Shown here one piece after another: positions 57,124 through 64,000 of a stretch of DNA of 64,000 bases. This DNA comes from Candidatus Udaeobacter sp. Lineage in GTDB: Bacteria > Verrucomicrobiota > Verrucomicrobiia > Chthoniobacterales > UBA10450. A model generated the notes under the pieces. It saw only the letters and a list, made by a program, of their open reading frames with translations. It ran no database searches and was not told where the DNA came from. Position numbers and translations under genes: made by a program. Positions within the stretch are counted from its first letter, which is position 1; the number at the start of each line of letters is the position of its first letter. The stretch is from the NCBI GenBank assembly GCA_035713825.1, contig DASTMX010000110.1, forward strand, positions 1,010-65,009. The letters run 5' to 3'.

Positions 57124-58586
57124 GGGCCTGGCCAGATAGCCAACGAGAGGGTCTGCTTCGTCGAGCTTTCGGCTTGCGGTGCAATTGCTTCTGTAGCTGA
57201 TCCTTCCGAGCCGGCAACGTTCCGCGGCCTGCCTTTTCCTCGTGGAAGATCAAGGGAACCGTCATTGAATTCAATCACGTAGCCTTCGTTGAGCAGCCAG
57301 CGTAGATCGGACGCAAGCGCGAGTTTGCGCGGTTCTGCCGCCTCGGTTGTCACATCGCCAATCAGTTTTTCAAAAAGCTGCTTGCGATTGATTATTGCCG
57401 TACCCATTAGCGCTTCGAGAATTGCATTAACTGGGGAAGACACGCTCGCCTGTTCATGCACAAAAGCGCGCGTTCGAATTGGCGAAACAAACAGCATTCC
57501 GCGGCGATGTCGAAAAACCTGAAGACCATCATGCCGCAATCGTCCAGCGAGCTCTTGCATCATCCCTGAAGGCGAGCGTGTTTCGCGCGCCCATGCGTCC
57601 TCGACCGCCCGGTTGAGCGACCTGTCTGACAAGTTACGACTCTGGACGCCGCCGATCGTCGCTTCCGTCAAGCGCTTGATCAAACCTGGCAAATAATGCG
57701 ACCGGAAATGTCGTTCTGTCTCCGCAGCGGATGAGAAAGTCGCAGGCACATCCTCTCGGCGCGTCGTATAGGTTATTACCTTCCGCGCTTCGTCTTTCCA
57801 GCGCTCAATCAAAGTGGCATCATTCGCGATCTCGATCTGTCGCTGATAATCAACAAAGCTCATCCGCCGGCTGAACCGTTTTTCGTAAAGATCGCGCAGT
57901 TGCAATTGGTAATTGTGATGGTTCGTCGGGCCAAGAAGCGTTCCGCTTAAACGACATCGCGCTACATTTGAGAAGTTTCCTTTGATTGGCTCGGACTCGG
58001 TAATGTCCATCTTGTAGAAATCCGACTGGGTGAAGCGGAAGGCGTTTCGCTCGAGAAAGTCATGATTCACAGACAGCTCACCATTGTCGCCAAGCCGATA
58101 AAGGGGTGATTCCGCTTTCGCGGTCAACCGGACCTCGTAGCGCTCGGGCTTTTCAAGAAACAAACGCGCCAGAGCGTAAAGCGAGTATGCGACTGAACCG
58201 GACTTAATTTGTGTAACAACGTTTTCAAATGCCAACGAGTATGGCAAAAAGCGGATCCCAACGTCCGCCGCAACAGGCACAACCATTTGAGGACGACCTT
58301 CGCGGTGTCCGGAGTGGGTGCGATCTTGTCTTGGGTGGCTCCGCTGGCCGATTCGCGCAGATCTTTCCGAGTCGCGGCGTGCCTTTTTAAGTTTGCGCGG
58401 ATCTGTGGCTGTCCGGTTACGCGTCGGGCGTCGAACTTTGTGCCGGTCGCGCACTTCGGGCTCCTCGTCCTCGTGCGCGTAGCGATGATAATCGCTGATA
58501 TCAACGGGCTCTTTGACCCAGGCAGGCAGGAGCTTGAGATCGAGCAGTTCGGCAGGCTCGACGGTGGACGATGTCATCGGCTTCAT
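57075..58586 (-). CDS. hypothetical protein, 503 aa, with basic disordered N-terminal region
   Basis: Long ATG ORF with coherent composition. Residues ~35-100 are R/K/H/D/E-rich, and the rest looks like a globular alpha/beta protein. No family recognised. Confidence 0.55.
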   Translation of the reverse strand: MKPMTSSTVEPAELLDLKLLPAWVKEPVDISDYHRYAHEDEEPEVRDRHKVRRPTRNRTATDPRKLKKARRDSERSARIGQRSHPRQDRTHSGHREGRPQMVVPVAADVGIRFLPYSLAFENVVTQIKSGSVAYSLYALARLFLEKPERYEVRLTAKAESPLYRLGDNGELSVNHDFLERNAFRFTQSDFYKMDITESEPIKGNFSNVARCRLSGTLLGPTNHHNYQLQLRDLYEKRFSRRMSFVDYQRQIEIANDATLIERWKDEARKVITYTTRREDVPATFSSAAETERHFRSHYLPGLIKRLTEATIGGVQSRNLSDRSLNRAVEDAWARETRSPSGMMQELAGRLRHDGLQVFRHRRGMLFVSPIRTRAFVHEQASVSSPVNAILEALMGTAIINRKQLFEKLIGDVTTEAAEPRKLALASDLRWLLNEGYVIEFNDGSLDLPRGKGRPRNVAGSEGSATEAIAPQAESSTKQTLSLAIWPGPYFLTILSEGTGSALS

Positions 58587-58747
58587 CTACTCGAATGACA
58601 AACGGAAGCAAACGTGAACCTTTCGCTGCCAAGCCCGAAAATGATTGACAACCTCTTTAATTCATTTACTTGCCATGCTGTGCTCGGGGACTGTCCCGCG
58701 ACGGCGGGACCTTTTCCACGGGCGACTAACATAAACCGAACAAATTT

Positions 58748-58996
58748 ATGGCGGAAAAATCGATCGAAGAGAAAGTTAAGGACATCATTGTCGAGCAACT
58801 GGGTGTGAACCCGGAGCAGGTCACCCCTCAGGCTTCGTTTATAGAGGATTTGGGAGCGGATTCGCTGGATATCGTCGAACTGGTGATGGCGTTCGAGGAG
58901 GAATTTGGGGTGGAAGTGCCGGACGAAGACGCAGAAAAACTGCAGACAGTTGGCGACGTCATTAAGTACATCGAAGAAAAGGCATCGAAGCAATAG
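58748..58996 (+). CDS. acpP: acyl carrier protein
   Basis: [23 protein letters not shown] has the canonical DSL phosphopantetheine site. 82 aa. Confidence 0.94.
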   Translation: MAEKSIEEKVKDIIVEQLGVNPEQVTPQASFIEDLGADSLDIVELVMAFEEEFGVEVPDEDAEKLQTVGDVIKYIEEKASKQ

Positions 58997-59040
58997 TGCG
59001 ACCTGCCCACGTCCAGCGGGCTCATTTATTATTGAAAGCG

Positions 59041-59066
59041 AAAACACGGCTTGCGCCGTGTTTTTT
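59041..59066 (+). terminator. rho-independent terminator after acpP
   Basis: AAAACACGGC / GCCGTGTTTT stem around a TTGC loop, running into TTTTTTG. Confidence 0.8.
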
Positions 59067-59112
59067 GCTTATCGGTTGCGCAAGCAAAACACGAGGCTCA
59101 GACTAGCTCTCG

Positions 59113-60231
59113 ATGAGTCTTCCGCTGTTGGAGAAGCCGTTGTTCCAGATCGGCGGGCATCACCTTACACTTCTGGGATTGATGGCGTTCGCCGCCCTCT
59201 TTACGGCGGGCCTGATTCTCGCGCGATTTTTACAAAGCGATCTGGTGCGCCGCCTTTTCAGCCGGTTCAAGATCGATAATAATTTTATTGCGATCGTCAC
59301 CACGATCCTGAGTCTCTGCGCGGTCGTTTTCTTCACCGTCAGCGCGATCAACGCAGCAGGAGTGCCGCTACCGTGGAACGCGCCTTTGCCAGGGATAACG
59401 CTGAGTCTGTTCCAAATTTTTCTTCTTATCGCGCTTTTGATGGGCGTTTTCTGGCTCTCATCCCGTACCAAGCGTTTCCTTTTTAATCGCTTTCTGGCGA
59501 GAAGCGGTCTCGACCGTCCTCTTCAGCACGCCATAGCACAAATCGTCAGCTATGCGGTCCTGATCATCGGGATCATCGTCGTTTTGGAAAATAGTGGGAT
59601 TCATATTGGGACACTGGCAGTCTTCGCCGGTGCGGTCGGCGTTGGTGTGGGATTTGGTTTGAAAAACATTGCCAGTAATTTCATCAGCGGATTGCTCATT
59701 TTGGCTGAACGACCCATCGCCATCGGGGATCGCATCGAAGTCGCAGGCATTACCGGGCAAGTCCGGCAAATTCGCGCCCGCAGCACGGTGATAGTGACGA
59801 ATGACAACATCGCCATGATTGTGCCAAACGAGAAATTTATCGATTCGCCCGTCACAAACTGGACTCATACGGATCGACGGGTGCGCTTTCGTCTGCCGGT
59901 CGGTGTCGCTTATGACAGTGATGTGAACAGGGTCCGTGAGGCGCTCATCGCAGCAGCGCGCGAACATCCGGCTACACTCAGCGAACCAGCTCCCGACGCC
60001 TTCCTGCAAAAATTTGGGGACAATTCAATCGACTTCGAGCTTGTTGTTTGGAGCGAGGAGATGAGCCAGCGGCCAAGTCGTTTTAGAAGCGATCTGAATT
60101 ACCTGATCTGTAAGCATTTGGCCGCAGCAGGGATCTCAATTCCTTTTCAGCAGCATGACCTGCACATTCGAGACGGCCTCATTAAAGTGCAGACGCTGGA
60201 GGCCGGGCAATCGCAACATCCCGGGACCTAA
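59113..60231 (+). CDS. mechanosensitive ion channel (MscS family)
   Basis: Several N-terminal TM helices, then the pore-helix/beta-domain block NFISGLLILAERPIAIGDRIEVAGITGQVRQIRARSTVIVTNDN. Confidence 0.85.
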   Translation: MSLPLLEKPLFQIGGHHLTLLGLMAFAALFTAGLILARFLQSDLVRRLFSRFKIDNNFIAIVTTILSLCAVVFFTVSAINAAGVPLPWNAPLPGITLSLFQIFLLIALLMGVFWLSSRTKRFLFNRFLARSGLDRPLQHAIAQIVSYAVLIIGIIVVLENSGIHIGTLAVFAGAVGVGVGFGLKNIASNFISGLLILAERPIAIGDRIEVAGITGQVRQIRARSTVIVTNDNIAMIVPNEKFIDSPVTNWTHTDRRVRFRLPVGVAYDSDVNRVREALIAAAREHPATLSEPAPDAFLQKFGDNSIDFELVVWSEEMSQRPSRFRSDLNYLICKHLAAAGISIPFQQHDLHIRDGLIKVQTLEAGQSQHPGT

Positions 60232-60644
60232 TCCCCGGGATCAGCCGTGGTCGGGGCAACATCAGAATTCTCCCCGATGGCTAGCTTTACCACATGGACT
60301 AATTCGGAGGCAGCAATCGGCTTTTCGAGAAAGGCGAAGGCACCCAGTTGGAGCGCCTGTGCTTCAACATCCGCTCCGCCAAAAGCGGTGATGATTATCA
60401 CTGGCAATTTGGGCAACGCGCTGGCAAGCGCTAAAACGCCGCGCCCACTGAACGTCGGCATCCGCAGGTCGGTGATGACAACGTCAAATCGTGGTTGAGA
60501 CGCCGCAAGCGTACTTGCGGCCGCAGTTGGATCAGAAAGTCCCGTGACGCGCATGCCTTCATTTGCAAGCACTTTCGTCATCGCCCGGAGCATCCCCGAG
60601 TCATCGTCAACCACCAGAACAGATTTGTTTCGTAAGGTTTTCAT
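60228..60644 (-). CDS. stand-alone response regulator receiver (CheY-like)
   Basis: VLVVDDDSGML...DVVITDLRMP...VIIITAFG receiver motifs. ATG 60644 is preferred over the track start 60686. Confidence 0.8.
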   Translation of the reverse strand: MKTLRNKSVLVVDDDSGMLRAMTKVLANEGMRVTGLSDPTAAASTLAASQPRFDVVITDLRMPTFSGRGVLALASALPKLPVIIITAFGGADVEAQALQLGAFAFLEKPIAASELVHVVKLAIGENSDVAPTTADPGD

Positions 60645-60732
60645 AATCTTTTTAAAAGTGCACCCTCCCGTTCGACTACGAGCCAATCGCGGCTATCGAA
60701 GAACTCAAAAATCCAAACCGTCATCTTATCCA

Positions 60733-61845
60733 CTAAACAGCCAGCGGAAGTAGAATGCTAAACGTGCTGCCTTTGCCCTGCGCGGTAGCACAATTAATCT
60801 TACCGCCATGCTCGGTCACAATGCGTTGGGTATAGGCGAGACCGAGGCCCGTTCCATCGCTCTTCGTTGTGAAGAACGGAACAAAAAGATGGCGAGCTTC
60901 TTCATCGGTCATTCCTTGACCGTTATCACTAATGGACAGCAGAGCTTCCGCACCGTGCTTTCGCGCGCTGACTGTCAGGTTTCCTCCATCGGGCATCGCA
61001 TCCAATGCATTGCTGATCAGATTTAAAATAGCCTCCCAGAATTGCTCGGCGTCGACATAAACCGGGGGCAGGGTCGAATCGAACTTGCTCTCCAGCTCTA
61101 CGTGTTTTTGATCGAGCCATGGCTGTACGAACTTAAGTTTTTCTTCAAGAAACCGGCCCAGTGAAATCGCGGCACGCTGGGATACCGGCATTCGCGCAAA
61201 CCGCAGATACTCCTGCAGCACCTGGCGAATTCGTAATACCTGGGAACGCATCTCGCGTAGAAGCACCTGGCATTCAGCTGTGGAATCGCCATTGGCGTTG
61301 GTGAAAGCCTTAAGTTCATCCCCAATCAAATCAAGATTGAGCGAAATTGAGCCAAGCGGATTCCGGATTTCATGGGCGACCTGAGCTGCCATGGAGCCAA
61401 CCACCCCGAGACGTTCCGCTTGAAGCTTGGCCTGCTCCAGTCGCTTGCGTTCTTCAATCTCGGCCCGCAACGCGCCGGTTCGCTGGTGGACGACTTGCTC
61501 CAAGTGATAGTGGGAACGCTGGAATGCAGTTAGTAACCAGACTACCACCAAAAAGAATATGAAAAGCATGATCGCATTCCAAACAGGGATGACCGGAGAA
61601 TGATATGTGACGCCATTGAGAATATCGCTGGAGAACCACTCGGCGGTACACAAAGCCCCCATGGCGAATCCCGCCCACCGGCCGGCCGCCCATGCCGCGA
61701 CGCACGTCGGCAGAAGATAGAAAGCTGATATTGCCCACTCGCGACCCGTAATATAATCCACCGCGCCAAGAACAATGGCCATTGCGATAGCAGCGACCAT
61801 GACCACGACTTTCGACCGCACTGAATGCTCCCTAATATGATTCAC
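60733..61845 (-). CDS. membrane sensor histidine kinase
   Basis: 3-4 N-terminal TM helices, coiled linker, H-box VAHEIRNPLGSI, N-box NLISNALDAM, and G-boxes DNGQGM / GTGLGL. Confidence 0.85.
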   Translation of the reverse strand: MNHIREHSVRSKVVVMVAAIAMAIVLGAVDYITGREWAISAFYLLPTCVAAWAAGRWAGFAMGALCTAEWFSSDILNGVTYHSPVIPVWNAIMLFIFFLVVVWLLTAFQRSHYHLEQVVHQRTGALRAEIEERKRLEQAKLQAERLGVVGSMAAQVAHEIRNPLGSISLNLDLIGDELKAFTNANGDSTAECQVLLREMRSQVLRIRQVLQEYLRFARMPVSQRAAISLGRFLEEKLKFVQPWLDQKHVELESKFDSTLPPVYVDAEQFWEAILNLISNALDAMPDGGNLTVSARKHGAEALLSISDNGQGMTDEEARHLFVPFFTTKSDGTGLGLAYTQRIVTEHGGKINCATAQGKGSTFSILLPLAV

Positions 61846-61980
61846 CTCAAAGAAGCCGTATTGACCATTTTTGACAAACCGGCTCGCAGGTTTGTTCAGC
61901 TTGCGTTTGATTCAACGGAAGATCTACCCCCTTTCAAAAGGAGATGCAGGACTACCCCGACAAAACTCTAGTCGCAGAAC

Positions 61981-63162
61981 GTGAGAAAATCTGATTCCAT
62001 GCGGAATAAAAACGGCATTCAAAGTCGGTTCGGGACAGCAAACGTCCTAGCTAGATCGGAATTGCTTAACCTCGACGTGTGGCAACGTGCCTTCCACAAC
62101 AAGTGCAAGGACCACCGTTACTACGATATCGTCGATGAAACCCTGCATGGTTTCGAACACCACTATCTACTACTCCAGAATAATTCTGGTACCACACGGG
62201 CAATCCAACCCGTATTTTTTGTTCGGCAGAATCTCGTTGAAGGAGTGCCAGGTAAGATTAGTTCGCTGGTTGATCGTGTTCGAAAAATTTTGCCGCACTT
62301 TCTAACGATGCGCGTTTTGATGGTCGGGTGCGCAGCAGGCACCGGCGATTTGGGTGCGTGTGAACCGCAAGATCAACCCTGGCTCGCGAACATGCTGCAG
62401 GAAAGCCTTTTAACTTTTGCAAGGCGCAACAAGGCTTCCCTGATCGTGCTAAAGGATTTTCCCGCGATCTATCGCACGGAACTCGAAGTGTTTCTCGAAA
62501 ACGGATATGCGCGAATTCCCAGCATGCCGATGACGCGGCTTTCGCTCCATTACCAAAATTGGGACGAGTATTTTCAAACCCTTAGCAAGGCGACCCGAAA
62601 AGATCTGCGCCGGAAATTCCGCAAAGCCGAACGCGCCGCAAAAATCGAGATGGAGGTCATTCCCGACATCACGAACCTTGTTGATGAGATTTATCCGCTG
62701 TATCTCGCAGTCCACCAGCGTTCGCCGCTGAAGTTCGAGACACTGACAAAGGATTATTTTCGCGCGATTGCGGAACGAATGCCGGAAAGAGGACGTTTTT
62801 TCGTCTGGCGGCAGTCAGGCAGGATCGTCGCATTCAGTTTTTGCCTCGTCTGCGACGACAGGCTTTATGACGAATGCATTGGACTGGACTACAGCGTGGC
62901 CTTCGATCTCCATCTTTATTTTTATACGCTGCGCGACATCATTTCCTGGGCTCTGGAGCAGGGTTTAAGATATTATTACAGCAACCCGCTGAACTATGAG
63001 CCAAAGCTGCACCTGGATTGCGAGCTTGTGCCTCTCGACCTGTATGTCATGCACACGAGTCGGTTGGTTAATCCGATCTTTCGCCGCCTGATCAAATATC
63101 TGGGCCCGACACGCCACGATCCCGTTTTGCACCGATTTCCCAACGCCGCTCAGCTCCAATGA
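61981..63162 (+). CDS. GNAT-fold acyl/aminoacyl-transferase, FemAB/CelD-like (tentative)
   Basis: About 390 aa, two-lobed. The second half (FFVWRQSGRIVAFSFCLVCDDRLYDECIGLDY...YYYSNP) resembles the BioF2/FemAB-like GNAT family from memory. Start is GTG 61981 or ATG 61999. Confidence 0.5.
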   Translation: MRKSDSMRNKNGIQSRFGTANVLARSELLNLDVWQRAFHNKCKDHRYYDIVDETLHGFEHHYLLLQNNSGTTRAIQPVFFVRQNLVEGVPGKISSLVDRVRKILPHFLTMRVLMVGCAAGTGDLGACEPQDQPWLANMLQESLLTFARRNKASLIVLKDFPAIYRTELEVFLENGYARIPSMPMTRLSLHYQNWDEYFQTLSKATRKDLRRKFRKAERAAKIEMEVIPDITNLVDEIYPLYLAVHQRSPLKFETLTKDYFRAIAERMPERGRFFVWRQSGRIVAFSFCLVCDDRLYDECIGLDYSVAFDLHLYFYTLRDIISWALEQGLRYYYSNPLNYEPKLHLDCELVPLDLYVMHTSRLVNPIFRRLIKYLGPTRHDPVLHRFPNAAQLQ

Positions 63163-63293
63163 ATCCTGTTGCCACGGCGCCATTTCGCCGTTTCAGATAA
63201 TAATCGATTACGGCGAAAGCGCCTCGACACAGCCAGGTGGTTCTGACGTTATCTATCCACTTGCCACGACATCAATGCGCGCTAGAAAAGCGG

Positions 63294-63698
63294 ATGCAAA
63301 ATCGACCTTCAGGGTTCGCGAATCCCTGGCTGCAACTTACGCTTAGCGTCGCATGTGTGCTCGTCTCAGAATTTCTTTTGAAACGGGGTGCAACGCAGGT
63401 GGCAGACAACGACAACGCATGGTCGTGGACCGGAGTAAACGGTCTGGCGTCGCCGCTCGTCTGGTGGGCGATTCTTCTCATCATCGCCAGCTTCATCAGC
63501 TGGCTTTACGTGCTCAGATACATCCCAATCACCATCGCCTTTCCTCTGTCCCGCGTGGTTGATATCCTCGTTCCGCTTGGCTGCTGGATTTTTCTCGGCG
63601 AATTGATTTCGCCATTGCGCTGGTGCGGTATTGCGCTGGTCGTTATTGGACTGGCATTGGTGGCGAAACCGATCGCACAAATCGAGGAACGCCTGTGA
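63294..63698 (+). CDS. half-size EamA/SMR-like membrane protein (ArnE/ArnF-like)
   Basis: 134 aa from ATG 63294 with 4 TM helices. SWLYVLRYIPITIAFPLSRV and ISPLRWCGIALVVIGLALV resemble single EamA-domain flippase subunits. Confidence 0.6.
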   Translation: MQNRPSGFANPWLQLTLSVACVLVSEFLLKRGATQVADNDNAWSWTGVNGLASPLVWWAILLIIASFISWLYVLRYIPITIAFPLSRVVDILVPLGCWIFLGELISPLRWCGIALVVIGLALVAKPIAQIEERL

Positions 63699-64000
63699 GT
63701 CTTCTCGCTTTCGTTCTCATCGTTGTTTCTCTGGTAAGCTTCGTAGCCGCTCAGCTCGTTCTGAAACGAGCGATGGCAGCGAGCAGGAAGACCGGTTTTC
63801 GAAACGCTCAGTTTGTCGTAAAAGTTACGATCGGCGTCATCCTGATGACGATTTCTTTCTTTCTCACACTCGGATTACTGCAACGGTTTGACTTAAGCTA
63901 CCTTTATCCGTTCCAAGGTTTAAGCGTGATCTTTATCACATTGATGGCGGCGATCGTACTAAGGGAAAAGCTTAACCTGCGGCTGGCGATTGGCGCGTTT
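63695..64000 (+). CDS. second half-size EamA-like membrane protein, 3'-truncated by window end
   Basis: Manual translation from the GTG overlapping the upstream stop (GTGA) gives VSLLAFVLIVVSLVSFVAAQLVLKRAM...LSYLYPFQGLSVIFITLMAAIVLREKLNLRLAIGAF. The frame is open for all 102 codons to the window edge. It is absent from the ORF track. Confidence 0.5.
   Translation, partial: MSLLAFVLIVVSLVSFVAAQLVLKRAMAASRKTGFRNAQFVVKVTIGVILMTISFFLTLGLLQRFDLSYLYPFQGLSVIFITLMAAIVLREKLNLRLAIGAF

Noticed and set aside
58583-59047. 154-aa minus-strand ORF
   Set aside because: It lies antisense to the unmistakable acpP gene and its terminator, and its sequence shows no family features.
1-64000. CRISPR arrays, IS elements, prophage or integrative elements, tRNA/rRNA genes, toxin-antitoxin pairs and known defence systems
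   Set aside because: Scanning by eye found no regularly spaced direct repeats, no transposase, integrase or phage structural motifs, and no tRNA-like T-arms other than the one in tmRNA. SMC here is the full-length chromosomal type, not a defence-system ATPase.

Overview
This is a 64-kb chromosomal segment made up mostly of housekeeping genes. I cannot place the organism precisely. A sigma-54 enhancer-binding regulator, DUF4142, ArnE/F-like flippase halves, weak Shine-Dalgarno usage and a short 289-aa primary-like sigma factor suggest a diderm soil or freshwater lineage (Verrucomicrobiota/Acidobacteriota-like); this is inference only. I call about 62 protein genes and one tmRNA (ssrA). The ORF track covers ssrA only with spurious ORFs. 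I found no tRNA, rRNA, CRISPR array, transposase, integrase or prophage genes. Core genes are icd, smc, mutS, pyk, an rpoD-like sigma, rpmB, panD, acpP, hpt, queF/queC, an E1alpha-E1beta-E2 2-oxoacid dehydrogenase, pepF, a comM-type gene and yajQ. The most noteworthy locus is a complete Dlt-type D-alanylation module on the minus strand (4.4-9.1 kb) in the non-canonical order dltD-dltC-dltX-dltA-dltB. It includes an untracked 45-codon DltX-like micro-ORF ending in FIYQGF between dltC and dltA, three consecutive GTG starts fused to the preceding stops, and a DltB with an extra ~105-aa C-terminal soluble domain. No teichoic-acid genes are visible, so the acceptor is unknown. Other points: (1) an HPr gene translationally coupled to the end of a NitT/TauT-type ABC importer operon that is led by a sulfotransferase; (2) a second, Stf0-type sulfotransferase after the dehydrogenase operon; (3) a ~29-nt dispersed intergenic repeat, often in inverted pairs (REP/MITE-like); (4) a secreted serpin; (5) a FemAB/GNAT-like gene followed by two overlapping half-size EamA (ArnE/ArnF-like) genes at the window edge; (6) a 503-aa protein with a basic disordered N-terminus and no recognisable family. 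All functional calls rest on motif recognition by eye. No alignments, HMM searches or folding programs were run.
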